DNA of 64,000 nt, taken from contig NC_058378.1 of NCBI RefSeq assembly GCF_018350175.1, positions 83,390,001 through 83,454,000 on the forward strand. Reading direction: 5' to 3'. This document shows, one piece after another, positions 47,081 to 59,905 of this stretch; position 1 is the stretch's first letter; each line of letters starts with the position of its first letter. Origin of the DNA: Felis catus (lineage: Eukaryota). The notes beneath the pieces were generated by a model that saw only the letters and a program-made list of their open reading frames with translations, was not told the DNA's origin and did no database searches. The position numbers and the translations under genes were made by a program.

Positions 47081-48812
47081 TTCCACCCTGAGAAGCATGC
47101 AGAGGACCGCTGTAAGCAGCACCTCGTGCTCTGCCCCCTCGCCATCTTCTCCAATAACGCGTTTGATTTGGTCTCCGAGGGCCTCCTAGGTGCCCACGGA
47201 GCGGGGCTCTCAGAGGGCCGCCGAGGGGAGCCACCCTCTCGCTGTGATCCCCAAGGCAGCTCAGGGGCTCCGGAGGCCAGGCTGAACTGATAATTGCCAC
47301 CACTAAGTGTCCCTGTGGTTTCTGCCAAGCCCTCTGGTCAGCGAGCGCTCCCCAGGAAGTCCAGGGTTCGGGCTTTACTTTCATGGCACCAATTAACTTC
47401 CTCCGCCTTTTCTTGTGGGTCCATGGAATTACTCTGCACTCTTTACAAGGATGTTTAGTGATTCTCATCGACTGTCGAGGAGCCTGCTGGGACACTGCCA
47501 ACTGATCTTAACAAGCCCACTTGCTGCAGGATTTCCCACTGCTTTCCTGGGCTAGGAATTCCTGAACCAAAGGCACGTCTCCCAGGAGAACTTTGAGAAG
47601 GTGCCTCGTTATGAATATTTTGATGTTGAAAATGTTCAGCGTGCAAGTTGGTTATAAAGCCGGCCAGTGTGTTTGGAAGAAAAGGGTGGGCCTTGGGCAA
47701 ACTTGGAGCGGGGTGGGATTCTGATTCGGCCCCTCCGCCTTTTATCCTTCCCTCCTCTTTCTTCTTCTAGCTCACCCTGGGAACCCCAGCTCCAGCGGCA
47801 CGCGGCCCCTCCACCCGGCCACACTGAAAGCCCGCGCGCTAATTGGTGATTAGGCACTAATGCATGGCGATTGTTGGCTTGTTTCCTCTCCCGGATAACT
47901 TTTTCTTCCTTTTTATATTAGCTAGAGCCTTTCATGTCTTAACAAGAGGGGCCAACTTGTGCAAGATTTCACGAATGGTAGGTGGGCGAGATCTGAACTT
48001 CTGGCTCCCCTCCCAATTGCACGGTCTGTGTGACTGTGTGTGCCATATGGAGCTGTGACTGGCCCTGGGACCAGGGGGAAGAGGGCTGTTTGAGAGAGAT
48101 TGGGTGGGGTCACCTCTCCGGTCCTGTCTGCAGAGTGTAAGAGGGGAGGGTCTCTGGATGTTGTGGGGGCTCTGGGGGGTAAGAGAGGATGATGCTCGTG
48201 TGTGATGAACCCGGGCACCCAGGCTGACGGGAGCACCTACAGGGTCAGACTCTGTTTGGGGCATCAGGCAGGTGGGGAGAGCCTCCTGCTAGAAACATAC
48301 ACAGTAGGAAGTTAGAATTTACCATCAGGCAAGCTGAGGGGTAATCAGCTTATTACAGTAGGAGTCTTGATTATCCAAGAGCGGGTGGAAGGAGTCAGGA
48401 ACAAAATCAATCCAACGAATGAGGGAGAGCGATGCGTACGAATTCACCATGGGGTTGGATTCTGAGAACAGATTCATTTTTATCTTCCCGGATTCCCCAG
48501 GCACGGGAGAGAGACCACTTGGAGAAAGACCTTGGCTCTTCAGAGAGACAAATGGTATTTTCCAGTTTTGGACCGGCGCCGTCTGAGAAGGCCTGTTGCA
48601 GGGATGGGGTGTTCTGCATCCGTGCGGTCCGGGATGGTAGCTGCTCACACACTCAGCCCTCGAGCACATCGGGTGTGGCTAGCACACCTGAGGAATCGAA
48701 GATTTCCTTTCATCTACCCTGAATTATGTTCAATGGCATCCCAACACCCCCACGTGGCTGATGGCTCCCCGCTAGATAATGCCGTCTACAGCCTGGTGTG
48801 CAGGTGGTAGTA

Positions 48813-48845
48813 GGGGTGGGGGCAGGGGGTGGGGCAGGGGAGGGG
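48813..48845 (+). other. G-quadruplex motif (six G4-5 tracts)
   Basis: ggggtgggggcagggggtggggcaggggagggg. Confidence 0.65.
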
Positions 48846-48999
48846 AGTGCAGAGAGGGCATCTGGAGAGGTGGAAGGTGCCAGATGGAGAGGATATTATA
48901 AGGCATGTGGGCACATCTGGGCTTGTCCCTGCGGATGGCGGGAAGCCACAGAAGGGTTTCAGTAGCAGAGTAGGTCACTCAGCTTTAGGGTTTAAAAGA

Positions 49000-49193
49000 G
49001 GGGCACCTGGGGGGCTCAGTCGGTTAAGCATCAGACTTCAGCTCAGGTCATGATCTCACAGTTCGCGAGTTCGAGCCCTGCGTCGGGCTCTCGGCTGTCA
49101 GTTTGGAGGCTGCTTAGGATCCTCTGTCCCCCCCGCCTCTCTGCCTGTCCCCTACTCTCTCTTTCTCTCTCTCAAATATAAAACAAACAAACA
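49000..49193 (+). mobile_element. Can-SINE inserted in an antisense L2 remnant
   Basis: ggggcacctggggggctcagtcggttaagc head, B-box 'gagttcgagcc', tail '(aaac)n'. Confidence 0.93.
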
Positions 49194-49949
49194 GATCCCT
49201 CACTCTGGGGTCCATGTTGGGGTAAGACTAGGTTCAGGAGAGCAGCCACTCCGCGCTGATGATGACACCACCTGTAGAAAAATATCCCAAAGGGCGAGTT
49301 GTCTGGGCTTTGCGATCAAGCCATTGGTTGTTGAGAAAGACAACCAGGAAATGAAGACACCTCAGTGCCTGGCTTGCAGGATGGGGCAGCGTTCTTCTGA
49401 GAGAGCGGGAGCCTGGGCCAGGAGCAGGTGTGGACACAGGTGCCGGAGTTCCGGCCACCTGGGCGAAGTCAGACTCGGACCGCCTGCCCTCATTCAGGGC
49501 GACACCTGTACCTGGGACAGCAAGGGCAGAACTAAGAAAGGGCTTCTCAGAGAGAGGGGATGATGACACCGCCTGGGGCAGTGTCACCTGGGGGAGGTGG
49601 CTCTCCTTGCCTAGATGGTGTGGCCCGGTCCTCCTGGCCCGGGAGGTGGAATAGAGGTGTTCAGGAAGCAGAAAAGGGGCTGGCTGTGCCACACGGGGAC
49701 AGGAAGAGGTGGCCTGCATGGGACAGTGGTATGATCTAGGAGCTCACGTTGCGCAGGGGCTCTGAAAAACGGTGTGGCGACTTACCAACTCACCAAGTTA
49801 CTATTTATTTTGCAAGAGTATTTTCTTCTCTACGTAAAAAAAACAACAACAACAAAACGCACACCATTTGGACTAGCCCAGTTCCGTCTGCATTTATCCT
49901 TCCTCGTTTCTCCTAAAGGAAGTAATCCTGTCCCTGTGTAAAGCATTAG

Positions 49950-50355
49950 CCTGGAGGATGTTCCTCACAGCTTTGTTTACCTAAATGCATGACAATAGCC
50001 CATCGGGTAACTTGCAGAAAGCTACAACCAGGGATCCTGTAAGTGATGTTGAAAGAAACCATTCAGGAACTTGAAGATTATCCAGAGTATATCAGTAAGT
50101 GATAAAAACAAACAAACAAAAAACCCAAAAACCAAGTTACAAAATAGCACATCGAGTTCACTCATATTTTTCTTTAAAAATGTTTATGTGAGAAAAAGGG
50201 TTTATATGTTCGTGGAAAAAACGAGGATCATAAAACAAAATCTGGTTACTCTGAGAAGCAGAATTAGAATGACAGGTGTTTTAAAATTTCCTTTTCCTCT
50301 TTTGTTTTTAGGCATATTGTACAAAAACATCCATTGCTGTAAATTAGAAGAAATA
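49950..50355 (+). mobile_element. L1ME-like 3' fragment
   Basis: 'ggatgttcctcacagctttgttt..cctaaatg..aatag', 'gtaagtga..aaaa..caagttacaaaatag'. Confidence 0.5.
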
Positions 50356-52329
50356 TCTTTCTGTTTCGTAAAGGACGAGTTGAGGGGAAGGTAGGGGCTG
50401 AGGGGAAGCAGGGGGAGACAGGGGAGGCAGCGAGGGCTCTGCCCTGCAGTGACGCTCCACCTCCAGAAGCTCACCGTGGTAGCTGGTTTTTAGATGTGAA
50501 AACACAGGAAGGCTGTTTCCAGTGAATCCTTTGTCCTCGATCAAAAAAGCATTTTCCTCCTTCGCAGAGAGCAAAGCGCAGGCTGTGTCTGGTCCCCGGC
50601 ATTGAGCTGGCCCAGTCGTGGGGGCCCAGTGGGACCGTGCCTCTGTGAGCAGACAGTGACTCTGCGACTCCTGAGCACTGAGCCGAGAAAGGCAACTCGT
50701 GCCCGAGCCCAGATCGGTGCGACACTGTCTGAGGGTGGCTGTGCAGAGCCCCGGGCCCTCCCGGTGACAGCAGCTCGCTGAAATGGGATTGCCTACTCAA
50801 TTAGCTCTCGGGATTCCCAATCCCAGGGGTCCCGACTGTCAGACAGGATCCACAGGAGTGTGGTGAAGAGCACAGGTCATTAGGACCCCGGCTGGGGCAG
50901 GGCCCCTCTATAAATGGCATTCATAAGCCAGGCAAACGCTGGGCCACAGAGCTGGGATCTAGCAGATGGGACAGTTAAAGCTTGTTTAATTGGATCCCTA
51001 CCCACTTTGGGCACAATCATTTTGGAGACGGGTTGGCCTTCCGTTGGAAAAAAGAGAATTCTTTACCCGAATACCCGAATGTTTGTTCGGGTATTCCTGC
51101 TCAGGTGTGACTTTGGGGTTAGGGCGGAGGGCAAAGCTTGCAGGCAGCCAGGCGGGGTCTCCTATGCCTGTAAGCGCCACTTCCCCAGCCCCAGAGCCAC
51201 TCTGGGAGGCCACATAAGCATCGCTCTAGAAGGCATTTAAACTGGCCCTTTGGAACAGACATCAAAGCTTGAGGCTCATTCATTCAATTACTCTTAAAAC
51301 CGTCAATCTCATCCTCCGCGGAGGGCAGATTTCTCTTTGGAAATTGACAGTAGTCATTTGGAGCCGAGTGTGGTGAAGAATCGTAATGCAGAAGGCAGAT
51401 GTGGCACCCTGGAGGCCATTCTGATCGCCAGAGGGCCACTGCGTGGGAGCTCTCTCCATGTTGTGGCCGGGGGCAGAGTCTCAGAGAAATCATCGGGCTT
51501 GTCCGAGTTCGCCCGGGCAGCGAGGGGCAGAGCCACGACTGAGAGCCAGTGCGCCGAGGTCTGGCCTCAGGTGGGGTGAATCCGGATGGGTTCTACAGGG
51601 TGGCCTTCTGTTGGTAATGGCTTACAACCACATGGTGCTGTGTTCTAGCAAAGGCCCACGGTGAATGCTGCTCCGGTCCTGTGCCCACGGCTGGTTTGGG
51701 GCATCTAAGGTGCTTCCAAATCAGACCCCTCTGGCAAGACCCCGAGAGCTGTTTCCAGGCTCATAGAGACGTGAAGATCACTCCTATGTGGATGATGAGA
51801 TTTTCCCTGTCTCGTCGGAAAGTGTCGGTGTTAGATGCGGGCCGTTTTCTTTATTTTGTGCGGAGGCCACGTATTTCTCTGGGTTGAGAGAGAAACGTTT
51901 CTCCTCCAATAAAACAGTCTGCCATTTAAAACCGCGCCTGTTTGGACGCATCCAGAGCAGAGATCATTCAGCACACACTTCCCAGGGGATCTGCTCCTCC
52001 TTCAGGGGGCAGTGGCTTCTGCACCCACCCAGAAGTTAGGCTGGTGTTTTTCTGCCTTTCGCGAATTGTTTGGACTTTATCTTTAATATATATTCAGATG
52101 TTGATCTTTTCATGAATTCAGACAGGGCTTTTACCTTCCAGACTCCATTCATGGGGTTTTGATGCCCTAAATGTGGTGCTTCGTGGTGGCAGGTAGGGTC
52201 TGGAGTCCTTTATGAAATGTTTGTCATTTGGGCTGTTGTGGGTCTTGACTGTTAGTATTTTTCCCCAGGCGTTTTTCGTATTTCTTTTAGAATTAAAAAC
52301 TTAGAATTTCAGGTTCAAGTTTTTGTGGT

Positions 52330-52368
52330 CTTTCTTCTCCCCTTCCTCTTCTTCTTCCTCCATTCCCT

Positions 52369-52401
<33 letters not shown>

Positions 52402-52421
52402 ATTCTCTCTCTCTGCCTCTC
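52330..52421 (+). repeat. Polypyrimidine / (CT)n tract
   Basis: About 90 nt of almost pure C/T. Confidence 0.9.
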
Positions 52422-52885
52422 ATTAGCAAGAACTGATGAGAAGGGCACAGAGTGGTTGGACCCGGTACTCACTGTTGCAAAGGCCCGCAGGAAGAACGGG
52501 GCGGTTGTGGCCCTTTGTAATTAGGGCACCCAAGCACTCTGGGGCCAGTCGTTGGCACGACCAGGCATTACGAAAGCCCCTATGATGCCATGGGTAAGGA
52601 AAGAGCGAGGTGAAACCTTTGGAGGTCAGCAGGTAACTGCAGGACAGAACTCAGGAGCCCAGAGAGCGACCAGAGGCAGACAAGGTCTGGGGCAGCAGCA
52701 ACACAGCAGTCAGTGTCCCCGTGGATGGAGGACTCAACCTTGGCAACAGAGACATGTGAAGTGAATGTTCAATACGGTGGTCCAAGAAGATAGCATTTCC
52801 TGTGATGGGAACAATATAGAATTTGTGTGTATCTGCAACAAATATCATTGAGATTCAGTATTCCTCCGAGAGATGGGGAGTCAGG
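52410..52885 (+). repeat. Local direct duplication, copy 1 (partner 55352-55825)
   Basis: By eye, 11 substitutions plus one 2-bp indel over ~460 bp. Confidence 0.97.
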
Positions 52886-53479
52886 AAAGGAAGGAAGGAT
52901 GTTAAGCATTTCTCTTGGCTCGGTGGAAAACCAGATCACTGGCCTATGAGTCAGCCATACTGGGGGTGCAGGGAACCCACTAGTACATCTGAGAAGGTTT
53001 CTTTTGTATTCAGAAGTATTGCACGATCCAAATCCCAGACAGCGATCTGATGGGAGAGGACATCTTCTTGGGCCGCCATGTCCCAAGGCCCTGACTTGCT
53101 GGGCCTGACCTGGTCTGGTTCTGGTCATGGGTGGCATTGGGCTTCTGCTGACCATGACTCACAGTGGCTGGTGTCGAGGCAACAGGTACCTGAGCCGTGC
53201 TGCCACCGTGCCTCTACTCTCCCGAAACTGGGCCATTCCCTGGGCCTCCTGCCGGGCTCCTCTATAGCCTCTCCTCCTCGTCTGCCCCGCCCCCCTCCAC
53301 CCACTGTGGCTTACAGAAGGCTGTTTCTTTCTTGTTTTAATATGTTTAGAAGGAAAGTCACGGCATCTCCTAAGACAGGGGTTGTTGACTGATGTACGGA
53401 TGCCAGGAATCAAACCTGTCTTCAAAGACTGCCTTCTCTGCATGGTGGGTTTTCTCTACTTGGAGCCACAAAGCTGGCA

Positions 53480-54960
53480 TTGTTTTGAGAGGGTTAACTA
53501 AGATTAATGAGCAAAGAAACATGAAGCCATAAAGGATCAGCGTTCCCAATCAATGACGGAATAAATTTAACGTGTACTCCATCTGCAATTTCCTTGGCAC
53601 GAACACGCAGACGCCGATTCTGAAAGGGTTTGCCTCTTTATGTTTCTGAATAACCTACTAAGACAAAAACAGGGTGCTCCTCCGTTTAACAGCGCTTTAT
53701 TTAAGGTTCATGCCGCAGTCGATGTATCGATCAAGAGGAATTTGTAGAATACAGAGGTGCGTTTAATAAGAGCTGGACAGAGAACCGCAAACCTCGCTAT
53801 TCCCAAGACTTTCCCAGTTGTGAATTGCAACTTCAGCATCTGATTTGGGAGGGGAAGGGAAAGGAGAAGAAAAATAATTGTGGTAGAATAATGGAGACAG
53901 CAAAACGAGAGCTCTAATTCCTACCAAATGCCCGAGCTCTGAAATCAAGGAGACTCTCCGTAGGTGTTCCGAGAGAACTTGGTGCATTAGCTTCTTAGAG
54001 GATGTGTATTTAAGCAGTGTGCAATGACTGTTTCAGGCAGGGAGCCATGCAAAGCCTCCGTCCACTTTATTTCTGACATCAGCCTTGTACCAGCAAGAGA
54101 ACATCTCTCTCTTTTATCACCCCCAGATTAGCCTACAGTGGCCTCCTCCTTTCCGACATTTGAATAACAAGCTTGATGAAGCCACTTAACTCCCTCCAAT
54201 TACAGGTGCCAAGTGGGGGTCCACAAAAAGAGAGGCCTTTTACATGTGTGAATGGTTTCACAGCCCGGTGTCATAATCAGATTCGAGAAATTGAACTTGC
54301 AGAAAGTTTGTGCTAGCCTTGTGGATTTTCATTTCAGATGTTGTCAACTCAAGGGCATTTGGACCAATCAATATCTGTCTGTCTTCTCGCACATAGAAAG
54401 TTAGCTATTAGAAAAGAGAGGCTTACAGCAGACTCAGCCAATACCATTAGCCCTAGCCTTAGGGCAGTTCTGTCCATGTGCCCGGGTAGGCACCTGCCCC
54501 CTCCCCTCCCCCACCATTAGGGAGGCCACTTGGGATGTCATTTGGACAGAGCGGGCAAAGAGCACTTCTTTCTTCTTTCTCTTTTTTACACCCAGACTCC
54601 CCCAAAATCAATAAATCTGTTCTTTGCTTATTTTCAGAACTTTACTTCAATATAAGCAAGGACCTTCCTTCCAGCAACAACTTGGCTAACACCATGTCAG
54701 GCTTATGCGTGTGTGTGTTTTCTTTCTCTGTTTCAATTTGAAAAATAATTGGAAATAATATCTGATTGATGTTCTCTCTCTCTCTCTTTTAGCTAAAGAT
54801 TTCCTCGATGAAAGACCTTGATCCATTGTGGCTCGTGATTCAGCACTTGATTTTCCGCTCCAGGTGTCCTGCCACTCCGCGAGTCATTGTGGGAAATTAA
54901 GGCAATGCAGTGTTGTTTTCTTAATCAGAGAGAACTTTATACAGATTGTGTTCATTGACC
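53480..54960. promoter_or_regulatory. AT-richer, repeat-free, enhancer-like sequence between the duplicated copies
   Basis: TAAT/ATCAAT/ATCGAT motifs, retained CpGs, no recognisable transposon. Conservation is inferred, not measured. Confidence 0.35.
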
Positions 54961-55136
54961 GCTGTTTTGTATTTCGTTGTTACTGATGCTTTTCTTGTGA
55001 TTTTTGTTTTGCACTGAGCTGCTCCCTGACCGAGAGAAAACCCTGAAGCAGTTAAGATACCAGGAAAGGGAGAATTGAGAATTGGTTAGTGGAGATTTGG
55101 AGCATCTCCTGGCAGGTCTTAGAATTTTGTTCAGTC

Positions 55137-55351
55137 NNNNNNNNNNNNNNNNNNNNNNNNNNNNNNNNNNNNNNNNNNNNNNNNNNNNNNNNNNNNNNNN
55201 NNNNNNNNNNNNNNNNNNNNNNNNNNNNNNNNNNNNNNNNNNNNNNNNNNNNNNNNNNNNNNNNNNNNNNNNNNNNNNNNNNNNNNNNNNNNNNNNNNNN
55301 NNNNNNNNNNNNNNNNNNNNNNNNNNNNNNNNNNNNNNNNNNNNNNNNNNN
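55137..55351. other. Assembly gap (215 N), probably a (CT)n tract
   Basis: Run of N at the position where copy 1 has its polypyrimidine tract. Confidence 0.9.
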
Positions 55352-55825
55352 TCTCTGCTTCTCATGAGCAAGAACTGATGAGAAGGGCACAGAGTGGTTG
55401 GACCCGGTACTCACTGTTGCAAAGGCCCGCAGGAAGAACGGGGCGGTTGTGGCCCTTTATAATGGGCACCCAAGCACTCTGGGGCCAGCCGTTGGCACAA
55501 CCAGGCATTACAAAGGCCCCTATGATGCCATGGGTAAGGAAAGAGCGAGGTGAAACCTTTGGAGGCCAGCAGGTAACTGCAGGACAGAACTCAGGAGCCC
55601 AGAGAGCGACCAGAGGCAGACAAGGTCTGGGGCAGCAGCAACACAGCAGTCAGTGTCCCCGTGGACGGAGGACTCAACCTTGGCAACAGAGACATGTGAA
55701 GTGAATGTTCAATACGGTGGTCCAAGAAGATGGCATTTCCTGTGATGGGAACAATATAGAATTTGCGTGTATCTGCAACAAATATCATTGAGATTCAGTA
55801 TTCCTCCGAGGGATGGAGAATCAGG
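55352..55825 (+). repeat. Local direct duplication, copy 2
   Basis: Aligns to 52410-52885 with an offset of ~2940 bp. Confidence 0.97.
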
Positions 55826-58089
55826 GAATTCAAGTGGGTTTGTTGGCTAGAGCCAGTCCTCCGCTACCTGACCCATCTGCAGACAGAAAGGGCGTGCTCC
55901 ATGGTAAAGACATCGGTTGGCAGACAAAAGTAAAGATGTGAATTTCCTCTCAATTTCCTGAACGAGCACAATACCTCTCGCTCTCTCTTTTAATGTGACT
56001 CTGGATTGCTCTTTCCCTGACAGTTGCTGTAGAGATAGCACAGGCTTGCTGCATGGTGCAGACGTACTCTTTATTTCACTGTAATTAGCAAGGGTAATTT
56101 TCTGGCATGGCTCCGGAATGGTCCGTGAGGGGTTTTCATATCTGAAAGCAGAGGAGAGCTCAAGGTGAGACCTGAGCTTCAGCAAAGACGACCGGTTCGA
56201 ACCAGGGGCTAGAAGCGAGAGGCTAGGATTTCCGTGGGACCACAACCGCGGGCTTGCTCGGGCCTCAAGGCAGACGTTCTCACTGGGTTCCTTGTGGCGC
56301 TTCTCCCGGGGCGCTGCTCAGGATGGGCCCGGGGGTCTGGAATGTGGATGGCGCTTCCCTGTTTTCCTTTTGGAATGAGAATAGAAAGCCTTCACTCAGG
56401 GGTCTGCGTTATTGCCTTGGCCTCATGCCCATCAGGCGTTGTTGGGCTGTAAGTGCGTCTTTGCTCATCTGTCTTACCCAACCGTTAAGAAATAGTTTGT
56501 GTGTTTTTATTCATTTTTGCATCTTCAATATCTGTCAGAGGACTATCCAGAGACATCCCTCACACATATGAAGACAAATATGTCACTGAACACACTGTTT
56601 AGCCCAACTTTATTTTTTTTTGGGGGGGGAGGGGATAGCAAGACTTTCTTAATAAAGGAAGCCATGTGTTGACCGGTGAGGCATGTCTTGGAACATACCT
56701 CACTGTTCCCCGGACCTGACTTTGGGTAGCACTGGCCCAACACGGAGCCCTGACTCAGAGTCCTGCTTTCTGGCTTGGATCTGAGGATATACTGCGTACT
56801 GCTCCCCCCACCCCAACTTTCGTACACCCCCCCTCCCCGTACTGAGGAGTGGGGATGACACTAAGGCTGTGCCAGTCATGGTGCCCCATTTTCTGGTCAT
56901 GTGTTCCATCTCCGTGTGGTCAAGTGACAAAATCGAATCTAAGTCTAATCAAAGCTGAGAGAGTTAAAGGAGATCTTTTCTTCCTAGTTGGGGAGCTGGG
57001 CTAATATGAGCCTGGAGGCTTCCAGAAGCTCTGGTCTTGACCCCAAAGAGAAGTTCAGCTGGGGGAAATTAGAGGGCGGCTCCCGGATCCAGCAGTCCTC
57101 ACCCACTCCCTGTAACCTGCTGGGTGCATGCATCAGGTATTTCTTCTTCCTCCCCAGCTTGTCTGGATTGTTTCTGTCATTGCCACCAAAAGCGCCTCGA
57201 TGAGTAAGAAATCTCAAGATTGCCTACGAGTTTTAAAAGTCTGAATGTTTGCGTCCTCACTTTTTAGATCTTTATTCCTAAAAGAGGAGGGCTTCCATGG
57301 TCCGAAAGATAAAGAATTGTATGGATACCATAGGGTCTCTCTAACAAATTTAAACAGGACAATGTTTCCTGCTCCTTGTAGTTATTTATTTTCAAATGTA
57401 TGTGCGGTTCTTGGCAAGTAAGAGACTATTTGTATTAATCGGTGACCTTTTTAAAGTACATTCTCCTGCAATCCTTTATCTCTAGATAAACACAGAGCTG
57501 CTTAAACGTCGGAGGGAAATCACACTTGCGTTTTAGTATCGCTTCTCCTCTGTGAGTACAATGAATGGATTTGGGAGCAAAAATAGTCCATTCTTCAATA
57601 GCTGAAATACTGAAATCTTCGTTTCCAAGGCCGTTGGATGCCACAGCACTTTTTCACCGTAACAATGAGGTTGAGTTAAAAAAATATATAATAAAGCCAT
57701 CATCATCTTTAGAAGTGTCAATTTAAAGCTCAAAGCAGGGAGTTTGGGGTCTCGCTTACCGCTTCTTTTCTTCTACAACAGTTCTAAAAATCAAATTCTC
57801 TGTAACTGTGGTTTTCTTTCTGTGCGATCTGAACCTAAGCTTTAAGACTGGAGTTTAAGTTTAAAAGTAGAACCACCTTTGAAATAGCCGCACAAGTCCG
57901 CCTTTTGACCAACCATCAGAAGGAATGTAAATGTGCTTAGCAGACCTCTATTTTTTGTCTGTTCAGCATCCTTTTCTTTGAAAAATGAGTGCTTTTGCAT
58001 TCGGAAATGGTCTTGCTCACACCCTGAGGGCGAGCCTGCCCCCCCCCCCCTTCTGCCTTTTAGCCTGGGAAGCCCCCGTGTGTGCACTT

Positions 58090-58465
58090 GACCTCCAATC
58101 AGAGAACACAGAGTACCCTTCCACAGCATCAGTGATTGTCTTCAGATTGGGTTCAAGATCCCACTGGGCCATGGAGAGTCCTCTGGGCTTGTGTTGGAGC
58201 TTCCAGGAATGGGGCTCACTTTCTCTGGGATCACGAACCGTTAGGATCAACATTTAGAGCTATAGACAACATCGGCCTGAGGATACAAGCCAGCAGAGGG
58301 AAGCAACAGCTGAAGGATGGAGTTGTCCACCTGGCTTGGTCGACCCTTGAGCTCTAGTCATGGAGGAAGTGGACCCTGCATCTGCCCCTAGACTTTCCAA
58401 ATTATTTGACGCTAATGGATTCTCTTTTGTGTTTAAGCTGTTACTTATGTCCCAAAGAGTCCCAG
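58090..58465 (+). mobile_element. Old MLT1K/L-like LTR fragment
   Basis: 'cccctagactttcc...tcttttgtgtttaagctg..acttatgtcccaaagagtcc'. Confidence 0.5.
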
Positions 58466-59603
58466 TGGCTAGAGTGTGGTAGTGTGGAAATTAAGAACTC
58501 CTTTAGTTTTTAGCCTAACTGCTGTCAAAGTGTCTAGACATGCTATTTATGCGTCTAGGCTAGTCTGGGAAACGGTGTTTCTTTGTTTGAGCCACTCATT
58601 ACTTGTTGGGTGTAGGATGCACTGTGTACCTTTATGGTTTTGTTTGTTCGTTCGTTTCCCATAAGTGGTAGACTTAAACAATAGGGTTAGCTTTGTTCCA
58701 GAAGCATCCGCACTGGGTTAGGGACCCTAAAGATTGTAAGATAAACAAAAACATGTAAACCTTTCAGGAGAAATGACACATGGATTGAGAAATCTGAGTC
58801 AGGCTAACTAGAGTATTTAGTGGGCGAAAGCCTCAAGTTATGAAAAGAGGCTGTGCCACTGGAAATCAGTCTTGAGTTGGGCCAGATTTGTCATTTGGCT
58901 TATAAACAGAAGGTTGCCTTGAGTCCTGGCAGTGTGGTATCTCCTGCTCGCAGGGTTTGTAAAGCTGGGGAGCTATCTCCAAATAATAGAAATGGTAGAC
59001 GTCGGCAATGTTCCTGGGCGTTTTCACACGCGCATCTGCTCTGTTCCAGCCTCTAGACTTGGTCTTGTCTGTCCCAGGCTGGGGAGGAAAAGGGCTGCCT
59101 GGAGAGAAACCTTATTATGGAGGGGAAGGGCAGGGATGGAAGAGAAAGGATGGTGAGTCAAAAGACACATCTGAGCTGGTTGTATTTGTGAGATGAAAAC
59201 CAAACGAGTGAAAACAACGACTTTCTTCTACTCCTGTGTTTCTTGTTTTTTAAAGGTTCAAAAACCCCAGTATATAGATGTCCCTTCACGTCCGCCATGA
59301 CTGACTTTGTATGTGACAGGCTGTTTGGATACAGGAGCAAGGCTTGGCTGTTTCGGCCTTGGCTTGCCCTCCTGGCCAGCTCTGCAGAGCAACCAAATTT
59401 AATAACAGAGTAGGGTCACAGGGGGGAAGGTCTGGAAAAGTGGGAACAGGAACCAAAGCAGACAGGACAGCAAAACAGGTTTTTAGCTGTGAAGTTGCAA
59501 GTGCCATGAATACGAAACTCCGCCAACCGGTCACCTGTCACGATTGTTTCTGTGATGTCCAGATCCTAAGCTGGCACGGTGGCTGGTTTTTCAGAAACAA
59601 TGT

Positions 59604-59905
59604 ATTTTATTTTAAGATAACTGGAGATTCACATCAGTCGTAATAAACAACGCAGACAGATTATGTATGTATATCCTTCGCTCCCGTTTTCCCCCATGGT
59701 AACATCCTGTGCAGTCACTCTCACAACCAGGATGTTGACATTGATACAATCCACCCATCCTATTCACATTTAATGTGTCTTACAGGTACTTGTGGGTGTG
59801 GGTGTGCACATGTGTATTTCCTTCTACTCAGTTCTACAGATGTGTGTGAGCTCCATGGCAGTCAAGACACAGAACAGCTCAACCATGAGGATTCCCCTGC
59901 ATCGA
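59604..59905 (-). mobile_element. L1MC/L1MD-type 3' end
   Basis: 'ttttaagataactggagattcacat...cccccatggtaacatc...cacaaccaggatgttgacattgatacaatccacc...cagtcaagacacagaacag'. Confidence 0.85.

Noticed and set aside
46746-47501. 251-aa ORF with repeated PRNPG motifs
   Set aside because: Translation of the 20-bp minisatellite, whose period is not a multiple of 3.
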